Source of the DNA: a virus
Strand: one strand, 5' to 3'
Virus record (IMG/VR): IMGVR_UViG_3300035698_018106
Location: 1 to 38,716 of that record
DNA length: 38,716 bases
In this document: piece by piece, positions 28,363 through 38,413 of the stretch
Numbering within the stretch: the stretch's first letter is position 1
Layout: each line of letters begins with the position of its first letter
Notes under the pieces: generated by a model
Told to the model about the DNA's origin: nothing
Seen by the model: only the letters and a program-made list of their open reading frames with translations
Database searches by the model: none
Program-made: the position numbers and the translations under genes

Positions 28363-29760
28363 ATGGCAAATTTAAAAGCCGGCACATCAATAGATGGATA
28401 TTTAGCTTTACATACAGATAATGTTCAAAATGTTAGTATTAATGGACCATTAACAATTGTTAATGATATAGATTCAGCAGGAGGTGGTACTAAAGGTATT
28501 ATAATTAAAAATACAGGATCTGGTGGTGAAGCCGCAGTCGCTTATAATAATTCTGTAACTGGTTCCAATTATTGGTTTACTGGTTTAAATGAATCTGGTA
28601 GTCTCCAATGGACTTATGGTTCTGCATTTAGTGGATATAATATGTTTCTTACATCTGCTGGAGTTTTAACAACTGCTGCAGGTATTACAGCTAATGGAAC
28701 TATTAATGCTGCCGGTGGATCTAGTTCCGTATCTAATATTATTTCAGCCGGAACATCTCCCTATAATGTATTATCCTATTCGGGTGGTGCTCAATCTATT
28801 ATAAAAAGATTAGATGTAGGAGGTGCAACACAAATAGGAGGTGATGAGGGATTATATTTATGTTCGGGTGAGGCTGGAACATCAGCTGTTGCAAATACAA
28901 CGGTAGCAAGTGAAGTAGTACATATTTGTTCAGATGATGTTATTTATATGTATTCTAATTTACAAAATGGATGGGCAAGTAGAAGTACTGCTTCGCTTTC
29001 AACAGCTGGAGTTTTTACAGCACCTTCTTTTAGTGGTGCTAATGTTACATCAGGATCAAATCCAGGTCATACACACTCTAATTATCTTACATCAAATCAG
29101 ACTATAACATTATCTGGTGATGTAACAGGATCAGGTACTACTGCTATTACAACAGTGGTTGGAGATGATAGTCACAATCATACAGGATCTACTATATCAT
29201 CATTAGCAACAGGTGATGTAACATCCGGAACATTTTCTGTAGCCAGAGGTGGAACTGGATTAGCTACTATTACAGCAAATAGAATTCTCACTGGTAATGG
29301 TACTAGTGCAATGACACAAGAAAGTGGTTTAACATATGGCAGTTCCGTTTTATATGTTTCTGGTGCAATTCATGCAACAGGTGATATAACCGCTTATTAT
29401 TCTGATATACGTTTAAAAACTGATATTGAACCTATTACAAATGCATTAGATAAACTTAACTCTTTAACTGGTTTTACATATAATGCAAATGATTTAGCAA
29501 AAGAATTAATACCAAATACCGATATAACCCGTAAAGTTGGTGTATCGGCTCAATCAGTTAAAGCTATATTACCAGAAGCTGTTAAACCTGCTCCATTTGA
29601 TTCAATTAATGAAGAAGGAGAAGTAGTAGAATCCATATCAGGAGAAGATTATTTAACAGTTCAGTATGAAAAATTGGTACCTTTATTAATTGAATCTGTT
29701 AAAGAATTATCAAATAAAGTAAATTTATTAGAGAAGGAACTTGCAGATATTAAAAAATAA
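28363..29760 (+). CDS. tail fibre/spike with C-terminal intramolecular chaperone (peptidase S74)
   Basis: GDITAYYSDIRLKTDIEPITNALDKLNSLTG...VGVSAQSV..ILPEAV...YEKLVPLLIESVKEL followed by a coiled coil. Also TITLSGDVTGS and VARGGTG fibre motifs. Confidence 0.9.
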   Translation: MANLKAGTSIDGYLALHTDNVQNVSINGPLTIVNDIDSAGGGTKGIIIKNTGSGGEAAVAYNNSVTGSNYWFTGLNESGSLQWTYGSAFSGYNMFLTSAGVLTTAAGITANGTINAAGGSSSVSNIISAGTSPYNVLSYSGGAQSIIKRLDVGGATQIGGDEGLYLCSGEAGTSAVANTTVASEVVHICSDDVIYMYSNLQNGWASRSTASLSTAGVFTAPSFSGANVTSGSNPGHTHSNYLTSNQTITLSGDVTGSGTTAITTVVGDDSHNHTGSTISSLATGDVTSGTFSVARGGTGLATITANRILTGNGTSAMTQESGLTYGSSVLYVSGAIHATGDITAYYSDIRLKTDIEPITNALDKLNSLTGFTYNANDLAKELIPNTDITRKVGVSAQSVKAILPEAVKPAPFDSINEEGEVVESISGEDYLTVQYEKLVPLLIESVKELSNKVNLLEKELADIKK

Positions 29761-29775
29761 AATTTTATAAAAAGT

Positions 29776-29813
29776 AATAAAAAAGGAGAGTTTAGTGACT
29801 CTCCTTTTTTATT
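29776..29813. terminator. bidirectional rho-independent terminator
   Basis: aataaaaaaggagagt-ttagtg-actctccttttttatt. Confidence 0.85.
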
Positions 29814-29815
29814 GT

Positions 29816-29824
29816 GAATAAATA
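29816..29824 (+). promoter_or_regulatory. putative late promoter GAATAAATA
   Basis: Directly after the terminator and 12 nt before the ATG at 29837. Confidence 0.5.
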
Positions 29825-29836
29825 GAATAAAAAGGT

Positions 29837-31495
29837 ATGGCAGATTGTAACGCTAATAACAAAGGGGGAACTGGTAATTTAAGTGCGGCATTTCCAGATC
29901 AAAATAATCCTGATGGTAAATCTGGACTACAAATAAATGCAGTAGATAATCCAGCATTTAATGTTAATGCATTATTAATAGCCGCACAAAATTATAATGC
30001 GATGAATTCTGTTGTTAATAGAATGATTGGTATGGATTTAAGATGGTTTAGATCAATACCACAGCAAAGATCTCAAGATGTAATATTTCAAGAATATACA
30101 TTAAGTAATGTAGAAGATACCCCAATATGTATTAAAGCTGTGTTACCATCTGGTAATTTTCCAGAAAGTAAATATAATTATGATATGATGGGTTTAGAGT
30201 ATGAAATACCATTAGAGATACATATAGATAAACTATATTGGGAAGAAATAGCTGGTGGAGGGACAGCACCTCAGAAAAAAGACGTGGTTTATTTTGCCGT
30301 TCCTAATAAATTATATGAAGTTGTTTCATCATATTTAGCTAGAGGTTTTATGGAACAAGAAACCACATGGAAAATTAACCTCAGAAAATACCAACCAGAA
30401 GCTTCCAGAAGAGAAGGGGATGTTCTTAAAGAAACCATTAGCAAATATACTGTAAGTCAAGAAGAAATATTTGGAGAGAAAAAGAAATCAGATATAGAAA
30501 AAATTGTTGATAAAAAACAAATGAGTCCATTGAACTCCACAGAAATAGATGTTTATAAAATATTAGATCCACAACTTACTATAGTTAATTCAGATTTAGA
30601 AATTTATGGAATGAAAGTTGCAGAATCTTTTTATGATTTATCATCATCAAAATATTTTAATGCAGTAAAATATAAAGGTAAAGATATAATTACACAAACT
30701 ACTGATAGATCTATAACAGCATGGACTATGATAGATCCTGGAGTTGTAGATGAATTATCTGTTAATAATATAACTCAAATTACAGGAGATGTAAATTCTA
30801 ATTATCAAATATCTATTAATTCAAAACATGATAGATTACAAATAGGATCATATGTAGAAGTTTATAGACCCGGAGCATTAAATTTTTATGCTAAAATAAT
30901 AGATGATGCTGGATCGGTTCCAAATTCATATAAAGTATGGATTGATCAACCTGTAATTGATCATTTAAATTCTATACGATTTGATTGGATGGGCCTAAGT
31001 AATTATAGATTAATCAGTCAGAATCCTGTATCAATTTTAGATGGAATTAATACAACTAAAGATACTGGATTTAAAATAGATATTTTTGCAAATCAATATG
31101 TTAAAATTAAATATGGACAACAAGAACATATAGCTGTTATAACAGACAAATTATTAAATAAAAAATGGTATGGTATAGTTGTTAATATAGCGAATACATT
31201 TAATCAATATTTTGTGTCAATATTTAAAGAACATCCAACAGATTCTACTTCAAAGTTAGAGAATATATTTTATGAAACTCTTGATTTATTACCTGAAGAA
31301 ACAGAAGTAGAATTCTATACAATAAATAAATCACCATCATTGTATACAAATTTAAGATTATATGCAACTGGAATTGAAGAAGAAAAACAAATTAATGATT
31401 TATTACGATATTTTGTAAAAGATGGTGATCAACTTATTATTGGAGATAATGCAGATATTCGTATGCATGCTCCATATACTGGTCAACAAAGATAA
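29837..31495 (+). CDS. neck/head-completion protein (T4 gp14-like N-terminal domain) with C-terminal extension
   Basis: MMGLEYEIPLEIHIDK..WE....APQKKDVVYFAVPNKLYEV resembles the gp14 pattern P..GDLIY.P...LFEI. Lies just upstream of the terminase genes. Confidence 0.55.
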   Translation: MADCNANNKGGTGNLSAAFPDQNNPDGKSGLQINAVDNPAFNVNALLIAAQNYNAMNSVVNRMIGMDLRWFRSIPQQRSQDVIFQEYTLSNVEDTPICIKAVLPSGNFPESKYNYDMMGLEYEIPLEIHIDKLYWEEIAGGGTAPQKKDVVYFAVPNKLYEVVSSYLARGFMEQETTWKINLRKYQPEASRREGDVLKETISKYTVSQEEIFGEKKKSDIEKIVDKKQMSPLNSTEIDVYKILDPQLTIVNSDLEIYGMKVAESFYDLSSSKYFNAVKYKGKDIITQTTDRSITAWTMIDPGVVDELSVNNITQITGDVNSNYQISINSKHDRLQIGSYVEVYRPGALNFYAKIIDDAGSVPNSYKVWIDQPVIDHLNSIRFDWMGLSNYRLISQNPVSILDGINTTKDTGFKIDIFANQYVKIKYGQQEHIAVITDKLLNKKWYGIVVNIANTFNQYFVSIFKEHPTDSTSKLENIFYETLDLLPEETEVEFYTINKSPSLYTNLRLYATGIEEEKQINDLLRYFVKDGDQLIIGDNADIRMHAPYTGQQR

Positions 31496-31518
31496 TCAAG
31501 AAACTTAAAAATTTAAAA

Positions 31519-32166
31519 ATGAAATTAAAGGATGAACGGGATAAATTAGAGAATCTATTAGATGATTCTCCAGATAAGATGACAGATAATGTCCCTGTAC
31601 CTGGAGCCGTACCAACTGAGCTCCAACAAGAATCTGTTATGGGTTTAAATTTTACAGAAGTAAAAGATAAATGTAATGATGAAGCAAGAGTAATGTTAAA
31701 TAACTCTATTGGTTTTATTTTAAATAAAGATCAAATTGAAAATAATGCATATTTAGAAAATAAATTAGAGGTTGATGTTATGTCATTATCTGGTATGTTA
31801 TATCAATTACGAGTTAATGAAGCTATGCAAAAGGCAATGATGGAGGAAGTTGATAGAGGATTTATGCATCCAAGAATGTTTGAAGTTTTTGGAGGATTAT
31901 CTAAAACTATTGCAGATATAAATAAACAATTAATCGGTACAGTAGAAGCAATTAAACTTACATATAAAGATGTCAAAAATGACATAAGAGAAAAAGAAAC
32001 CGAAGCATTAGGTCCTAGTCAAGGAGCTAATGGAATGATCACTCAAGGTGATGGTGGGGTTGTAACTCTAGGTACTAAAGAACTTATCAATAATATGAAA
32101 GAAGCTAGGAAAAAGCCAAAACAATTTGATACACCTTTTGATGATGATGCTGAAGAAGTAAAATAA
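31519..32166 (+). CDS. terS: terminase small subunit (T4 gp16-like)
   Basis: HPRMFEVFGGLSKTIADINKQL resembles the gp16 PR..EVF..L motif. Helical, and immediately upstream of the large subunit. Confidence 0.7.
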   Translation: MKLKDERDKLENLLDDSPDKMTDNVPVPGAVPTELQQESVMGLNFTEVKDKCNDEARVMLNNSIGFILNKDQIENNAYLENKLEVDVMSLSGMLYQLRVNEAMQKAMMEEVDRGFMHPRMFEVFGGLSKTIADINKQLIGTVEAIKLTYKDVKNDIREKETEALGPSQGANGMITQGDGGVVTLGTKELINNMKEARKKPKQFDTPFDDDAEEVK

Positions 32167-32208
32167 TTATTGACATATTTAAATATATAATTAAAATTAT
32201 TTAAGCTT

Positions 32209-34161
32209 ATGGCACAAACGACTATATGGACTACGGCTCTAGTTGAACAAACTATTGATAAACTTAGGTTTGGAATGGATACTGATATGAGTTGTTTTCA
32301 TGATAAAGATACTGAATTAAAAGCTGGTAAAATATTATTTAAACTTACATCATTAGAAGTTGCTGAATTTCAAAAATGTTCAATTGATATTGTATATTTT
32401 GTTGAAAAATATTGTAGATTTGTAACAGATAGAGGTAGAGAAACTGTTAATTTAAGAGATTTCCAAAAAGAAATTCTGAATGAATTAGGAGAAGAAGAAT
32501 GGAAAGATAAATTAGACGATATGGGGCCAAAATTTAGAAATTATATTCTAATGGCTTCTAGACAAACAGGAAAAACTACTACAGTAGCAGCTTTTTTTGC
32601 ATGGTATTTATGTTTTCATACAGATAGAAATTTACTTATTCTAGCAAATAAAGAGAAAACCGCTGTTGAAATTGTTAATAAAGTAATGGATGTTTTCAGA
32701 GGATTACCATTCTTTCTCAAACCTGGTATTATTAATGCTGGAGCAACCGGTATGAGATTAGATAATGGATGTCAATTAATTTCTCAAGCTACTACAAAAA
32801 CAGCTTCTATTGGATTTACTATTCATATATTATATGCTGATGAGTTTGCTCATATTGCTCCTAATATTGTTAGTGATTTCTGGAGATCTGTTTATCCTAC
32901 ACTTTCATCTTCTGAAATATCTCAATGTATAATTACATCAACCCCCTCAGGACAAGCTAATTTATTCTATGAAATATGGGATAGTGCTGTAAAAGGTAAA
33001 AATTCATTTAAATATAAACGTGTTGATTATTGGGAGGTACCTGGACATGATGAAGAATGGGCTGAAGCTATGAAAAGAGACTTTAGTGAAGAATTTTTTG
33101 CTCAAGAATTTGGTCTTCAGTTTAATGTTGATTCTAAATTATTATTAGGTGCTAAAGAATCTGCTTTTATAAAACGTATAGAACAAGAATATGTTTTTAA
33201 AGATTTAGATAAAACTACATTAGATGAAGAATTATATAGAAATCTTAAATGGAGAGAAGATTTTGATCCTAATGAATATTATGATCCTAATAAAAACTTA
33301 TTTTTAGTTTCAGTAGATACAGGGGAAGGTAAAGAATATGATGAAACAAAAGATAATGATTATAACGTATTAACAATTTATAAATTAGAACTTAAAAGTT
33401 TAGTACAATTAAATAGATTAAGAAATGATGAATATACATTAAAAAATATGTTCAGATTTAAACAAGTTGGATTATATAGAGATAATTTTAAAGATGAAGA
33501 AATAGCAGCAAAAGTTGCTCAAGCTATCATATTTGATCAGTTAGGAGCAGAATCTTCTTTAGTTGTATTAGAAATGAATTTTAATGGAAAGTTCTTTCTT
33601 AATATATTCCAACAAGATGATGAATATTTTGATGATATTGTATTAAGAACTTATCATACAAAACCAGTACCTGGAGAAAAACCTCCTAGAAAGAAAGCCG
33701 GCTTTAAAGTTGGAAATGATAAAGAGCATTTTTGTAAAGCTGGGAGAAAATTAATTAGAGATAAAACATTAATCCCTAACGATTCAGTTACTGTTTTAGA
33801 ATTTGCATCATTTGGTAGAGATAAAAGAGGAAAATTTAAAGGCATCGGAACTCATGATGATACAGTAATGGCTACACTTAATATAGCTAGACTATATGAA
33901 GAATCTGTATTAGATGATAGACTTTATGATATTCTAGAATATTTAGAAGATTGCGCCCAAAAACGATTAATGAATCACTATTTAAATAATGCTCAGGTTA
34001 CCGAATCAGATATAACAGATGAACACTTCAGGGCATTATTTAGTAATGATGAGGAATATCCATCAATTGAAACAGATTATTTAGGGGAAATATTTAATAT
34101 AGGTAGTCAGAGTAAAAATAGATATGTATCTCCTGGAAGAGTAATGATAGGAAAAGGATAA
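32209..34161 (+). CDS. terL: terminase large subunit (T4 gp17-like)
   Basis: LRDFQ Q-motif, Walker A ASRQTGKTT, Walker B ILYADEFAHI, coupling motif ITSTPSG, and nuclease acidic residues VSVDTGEG and HDDTVMA. Confidence 0.96.
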   Translation: MAQTTIWTTALVEQTIDKLRFGMDTDMSCFHDKDTELKAGKILFKLTSLEVAEFQKCSIDIVYFVEKYCRFVTDRGRETVNLRDFQKEILNELGEEEWKDKLDDMGPKFRNYILMASRQTGKTTTVAAFFAWYLCFHTDRNLLILANKEKTAVEIVNKVMDVFRGLPFFLKPGIINAGATGMRLDNGCQLISQATTKTASIGFTIHILYADEFAHIAPNIVSDFWRSVYPTLSSSEISQCIITSTPSGQANLFYEIWDSAVKGKNSFKYKRVDYWEVPGHDEEWAEAMKRDFSEEFFAQEFGLQFNVDSKLLLGAKESAFIKRIEQEYVFKDLDKTTLDEELYRNLKWREDFDPNEYYDPNKNLFLVSVDTGEGKEYDETKDNDYNVLTIYKLELKSLVQLNRLRNDEYTLKNMFRFKQVGLYRDNFKDEEIAAKVAQAIIFDQLGAESSLVVLEMNFNGKFFLNIFQQDDEYFDDIVLRTYHTKPVPGEKPPRKKAGFKVGNDKEHFCKAGRKLIRDKTLIPNDSVTVLEFASFGRDKRGKFKGIGTHDDTVMATLNIARLYEESVLDDRLYDILEYLEDCAQKRLMNHYLNNAQVTESDITDEHFRALFSNDEEYPSIETDYLGEIFNIGSQSKNRYVSPGRVMIGKG

Positions 34162-34207
34162 ACTAATCCTATAAAATATTGATATATAATAAAAGATTAC
34201 TTATTAT

Positions 34208-34227
34208 CACTCAAATTTATTTGAGTG
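34208..34227 (+). promoter_or_regulatory. hairpin in tail-sheath leader
   Basis: cactcaaat-tt-atttgagtg, between GATATATA (34181) and the ATG at 34249. No U-tract. Confidence 0.45.
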
Positions 34228-34248
34228 CAAAAAATAAAATATACTAAT

Positions 34249-36708
34249 ATGGCAAGAATAGCATTAGATCTCTCTCAATTTAAATCAGCAGGTGTATACA
34301 CCGTTGAGGTTGACCAATCTGAAAGAATAACAGTAACTACTCAATCATTGAGATTAGTTCCTGGATTTTCTGCTCAGGGACCTTATAATGCCCCAGTTTT
34401 TATCCAATCAACTAGAGATTTAACAAGATTTTTCGGACCAATAGATAAGAAATTAGAACGTAAAGGATCTTTCTTTCAAAGATCAATCCAAACATGTTTA
34501 TTAACAGCACCTATATTTGCTATTAATTTACTTAATGTAAATGAAGTTAATAATACTAGTAATCAAGATAGAGTTGAATTTATTCCTTTATCTACTGATT
34601 CAAGTACAATTAACAGTCCAATTGTTGATGATATATACATTAACTTTTTCAATAGAGAACGTTTTTGGAAAGCAGATCCTGATTATTTACAAGGTGTAGT
34701 TAATAATAGTGTGGCAGCATCTAATGATTTAAGTGCTCCATTATTTTCTGTATCAAATATAGGTACAAAAGATTTATCTTTTATCATAAGAAAAGCTACT
34801 GGATTAGCAGGATATGGCGTTACAGCAAAAGATTGGTACGGTAATGAATCAAACATTCCTTATGAGTGGATAAGACCATATGATTTAATGTCGGATTATT
34901 TTATACAAGTTATTGCATTCCAAGGAAAATGGGATAATTATGATCAATTATCTACAGACCCTTATTATTCAGAATTCTTTAATTCAAAAGGTCTTATACC
35001 TTCAAAAATTAATGATTTTATGAATGCTGATAATGTTAATCTTGTTGGATCATGGACAGGTACAATTATTCCTGATTTTAAAGATCAAACAGGATCAGAA
35101 CAATATATTGAACCAATTATTAATGGTTCGGTTGCTTTAACTGGAGTATTTTGTAATGTTAATCAAGATGCATTAGACCAATTAATATGGGATGAAAATC
35201 AAAATAGATGGGAAATTGGAGATGGATCTTCTGAAGAAGCTGCTCCTTATTTAGTTGACTTTATTGGACATAATTTAATTAATAATGGTGGAGCAACTGG
35301 TATCTTAGGCGATACGTCTACATCATTCTTAAGTTATTCTATTGATGTTAGTAATAATGTTCTTCATAATTTAGTAGATATTAATGTCATTGGAACTTCA
35401 GGAAAGATATTTAGTATTGATTCATCAATTAATGCTGATCTTATTGGCGTTGGTTCTTATGTTAAATCAAATGCAGAAATACAACCAGGTATTACTAGAG
35501 TAACTGATAAATATTATGATGCTTCAAGTTATATAATAGAAACTGCTGAGGAAGCTGATTATATATCAGATCAACTTACTGTTCAAAAACCAATAGAAGA
35601 TCCTTCTATTAATAAAGCATATAAGATGATCCAATTAGATGGATTAAATATAACTAATAGACATACTCCTGGATTTGATTTAGAAGGTGCTAGAAATGCT
35701 GAAGAAGGCCTTAATAAGATATATGTAATGTTACATGATCAAGGAATTCTTAGAGGATTAACAAATCCTGATATGATTAATTTCCGATATGTAGTAGATA
35801 CAATGGCAAATGGATTACAAACTAATATGGGTGGTAAATCTTGGTTATCTTCATTAGCAAAGAAAAGAGGTAAATGTACCGCGATTATAAATGCACCTTC
35901 CATTAAACAATTTGCTGCTTCTCAAAATCCATATTTTGTAGACACATTTGTTGCAGGAGTTGATCCAACCCCTATTTTTAGTACAGAATATATTCCACAA
36001 GGTGGAAACTCTGACATGCCTAGATCATTTAAATTCACTCTTCCTAATGAAGAGTTAGGATCTAAATATTGTGGTGTATTTGGACCATTCTTAAAATATA
36101 ATGAAAATGGAAAACTTATTGATGTTCCACCAGCAGCAGATGTAGCTAACGCTTATGCTAGAAAATTCTTAGGAGGAAATCCTTATGCAATTGTTGCAAA
36201 TAGAAATGGAATACTTTCTAATCCAGCATTATCAGGAGTAGAATATATGATAGATAAGACTGATAGAGATTATTTAGAACCATTTGGTTATAATTCAATT
36301 ATAGAACGCCCTGCTACAGGACAAACTATGATATATGCGAATGCTACTGCATTCCAAAATGTAAAAAGTGATATGAATAACTTACACGTTAGAGAATTAC
36401 TTAATACATTAGAAATTCAAATAGATGAAACATTACAAGGATATGTATATGATTTTAATAATCCAATTACTCGATTAAATATTGTTAATTCAGTTGCCCC
36501 AATTCTAGAATCTGTTAAAGATGCCGGAGCAATAATTAAATATGAATTAACTATGGATGATTCAAATAATTCTAAAACAGTTATTGATGATGGATTTGGA
36601 ATTATCGATATCGATTTATGGGTTACTGGAGCACTTACTAAAATTGTTGCTAGATACTCTGTTAATTCTGAAGGTTCAGTTAGTGCAGGTGGATTCGCGG
36701 CAAATTAA
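34249..36708 (+). CDS. contractile tail sheath protein (T4 gp18-like)
   Basis: N-terminal FKSAGVYTVEVDQS, and C-terminal DVPPAADVA, DRDYLEPFGYNSI and LHVRELL motifs. ATG 34249 preferred over GTG 34225. Confidence 0.92.
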   Translation: MARIALDLSQFKSAGVYTVEVDQSERITVTTQSLRLVPGFSAQGPYNAPVFIQSTRDLTRFFGPIDKKLERKGSFFQRSIQTCLLTAPIFAINLLNVNEVNNTSNQDRVEFIPLSTDSSTINSPIVDDIYINFFNRERFWKADPDYLQGVVNNSVAASNDLSAPLFSVSNIGTKDLSFIIRKATGLAGYGVTAKDWYGNESNIPYEWIRPYDLMSDYFIQVIAFQGKWDNYDQLSTDPYYSEFFNSKGLIPSKINDFMNADNVNLVGSWTGTIIPDFKDQTGSEQYIEPIINGSVALTGVFCNVNQDALDQLIWDENQNRWEIGDGSSEEAAPYLVDFIGHNLINNGGATGILGDTSTSFLSYSIDVSNNVLHNLVDINVIGTSGKIFSIDSSINADLIGVGSYVKSNAEIQPGITRVTDKYYDASSYIIETAEEADYISDQLTVQKPIEDPSINKAYKMIQLDGLNITNRHTPGFDLEGARNAEEGLNKIYVMLHDQGILRGLTNPDMINFRYVVDTMANGLQTNMGGKSWLSSLAKKRGKCTAIINAPSIKQFAASQNPYFVDTFVAGVDPTPIFSTEYIPQGGNSDMPRSFKFTLPNEELGSKYCGVFGPFLKYNENGKLIDVPPAADVANAYARKFLGGNPYAIVANRNGILSNPALSGVEYMIDKTDRDYLEPFGYNSIIERPATGQTMIYANATAFQNVKSDMNNLHVRELLNTLEIQIDETLQGYVYDFNNPITRLNIVNSVAPILESVKDAGAIIKYELTMDDSNNSKTVIDDGFGIIDIDLWVTGALTKIVARYSVNSEGSVSAGGFAAN

Positions 36709-36740
36709 TAATAAAATATATAAAATAAAATTACCAAATA

Positions 36741-37340
36741 ATGGCTGAAAATTTTAAATCTCAAGGGACATACGGCTTATCACATTTTAGAAGCTCACGA
36801 GCAGCTCAAGAGTTATATGAACCAATATATCAGAATCTCTTTACTGTACAAATAGCATTGCCTTCAGGGGTAGGTGCTGATGAAGAAACAACTAGTTTAA
36901 TGTTAGAAGGTATTACTAACATTAATGGATTACAATCACATTCATTTCCAACTAATTTAGCTGAACAGAAATTTAAATGGGCGTCTAGACGTTTCGCTGG
37001 TGCAAAACCAGAGAAAACTACTATGGACGTATCTTTTGATTTTGAAGTCAATGTTAATAGAACTCCTAGCGCATATACAGTTAAGACTTTAAGAAAGTGG
37101 TGTGATTTAGTATATGATCCTTTAACAGGTAGAACAGGACTTAAAGCAGATTATGTTTCACCTTGGACATTGATAACTTTATATGACCGTGGTGCAAGAC
37201 CATTCTGGCAATGGAAGATGTATTATACATTCCCTATGACCGGATTACCAGAGGTTCCATTAGATTATAATAATGAAGAACTTTATAAGATTACAGGTTT
37301 TACACTTGCATGTGATATGTGGGATGAAACAATAGTTTAA
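36741..37340 (+). CDS. tail tube protein (T4 gp19-like)
   Basis: 199 aa directly after the sheath. EPIYQNLFTV, RRFAG, LRKWCDLVYDPLTG..GLKADY and LDYN motifs. Confidence 0.85.
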   Translation: MAENFKSQGTYGLSHFRSSRAAQELYEPIYQNLFTVQIALPSGVGADEETTSLMLEGITNINGLQSHSFPTNLAEQKFKWASRRFAGAKPEKTTMDVSFDFEVNVNRTPSAYTVKTLRKWCDLVYDPLTGRTGLKADYVSPWTLITLYDRGARPFWQWKMYYTFPMTGLPEVPLDYNNEELYKITGFTLACDMWDETIV

Positions 37341-37369
37341 ACGTTAGGCTTTATATAAATAATATCTTT

Positions 37370-37398
37370 AGGAGAATCAAATTGATTCTCCTTTTTTT
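37370..37398 (+). terminator. rho-independent terminator
   Basis: aggagaatcaa-a-ttgattctcct followed by a T-run. Confidence 0.85.
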
Positions 37399-37439
37399 AT
37401 GAAATAAACTATATCTTTTGCCACTTTTTCTCATATAAT

Positions 37440-37448
37440 GAATATATA
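37440..37448 (+). promoter_or_regulatory. putative late promoter GAATATATA
   Basis: Recurrent motif, 23 nt upstream of the ATG at 37472. Confidence 0.5.
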
Positions 37449-37471
37449 GATTATAATGTAAAAATATAAAA

Positions 37472-38413
37472 ATGGAAAATAACAATACTGAAAAACAATT
37501 ACAAGAATTTGTTGAAGCTCAAGAAGGTTCAAAAAATATACATGTGGGTAAACCTATAACTTCTGCACCAGCTCCTAAATTTCCTGGTCAAAGAAGTGAC
37601 AATCAGATTAGTATGGCCAATAAAATAGGGTGGCAAAAGCTTCCTATTAAGGATTTACCTACAATGGGATTATTTTACTCAGAGGGCACCGAGGTGTCAA
37701 TTAGAGCGGCATCTGCAAGTGAAATACGACATTGGTCTACATTAAATTCTGATAATGATTCAGAATTAGATGACATGCTTAATTATATCTTAGAACGATG
37801 CGTTTCTTTTAAAAATAGTGATACTTCATCATCATGGAGAGATATTAAAGAAATTGATAGATTCTATATATTGTTAGCTATCAGAGAATATACATTTGTT
37901 AAAGGAGAAAATCAATTAACAGTTAAAACATCAGAATCTTCTACTCTTAATGTTAATAAAGAAATGATTGATTATATAGAGTTTGATGATAAATTAATGA
38001 AATATCATGATCCAGTGAAAAGATGTTTTAATCTTAAGTTTAGATCTGGAAAAGAAATTGAAGTTACAATCCCTAGTGTAGGTGTAACAAATTATCTCAA
38101 AAATTATATTGGAAGAAAACAACAACAACAACAAGGATTCGATACAGATTTTATAACATTTGCACCTTTTGTTATAAAGGATTGGAGAGGATTAAATGAT
38201 GACTCATATGAAAAAATCGTTATTGATTCAAATAATTGGTCAATAGAAGAAATTTCAGTACTTACACATCTAAGAGATTTATTTATTGATACTATTGATC
38301 CTGTTGTAAAATATCATGATGAGGGAGGTATGGAACGTAGAGCTCCATTGAACTTTCAAGGGGGAATCAAATCTGTTTTCCTTATTTCAGATCCATTTGG
38401 ACAATTGGTCTAA
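37472..38413 (+). CDS. baseplate hub assembly protein (T4 gp26-like)
   Basis: LPTMGLFY...IRAASASE and IDRFYILLAIREYTF motifs. Follows the tail tube. Confidence 0.7.
   Translation: MENNNTEKQLQEFVEAQEGSKNIHVGKPITSAPAPKFPGQRSDNQISMANKIGWQKLPIKDLPTMGLFYSEGTEVSIRAASASEIRHWSTLNSDNDSELDDMLNYILERCVSFKNSDTSSSWRDIKEIDRFYILLAIREYTFVKGENQLTVKTSESSTLNVNKEMIDYIEFDDKLMKYHDPVKRCFNLKFRSGKEIEVTIPSVGVTNYLKNYIGRKQQQQQGFDTDFITFAPFVIKDWRGLNDDSYEKIVIDSNNWSIEEISVLTHLRDLFIDTIDPVVKYHDEGGMERRAPLNFQGGIKSVFLISDPFGQLV

Noticed and set aside
32209-34161. Intein or intron in the terminase large subunit
   Set aside because: It is a continuous 650-aa ORF with normally spaced ATPase motifs and no intein or homing-endonuclease signatures.
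34225-34248. GTG start at 34225 for the sheath
   Set aside because: The GTG lies in the hairpin arm. ATG 34249 has the typical A-rich leader and gives a normal sheath N-terminus.
2929-37051. Short antisense or off-frame ORFs in the track (2929, 5330, 10758, 11281, 11387, 14075, 16635, 18833, 20756, 25958, 26244, 31803, 33654, 36557, 36830)
   Set aside because: All are 60-85 aa, nested in long well-supported genes, and have no motifs or leaders. They are shadow ORFs.
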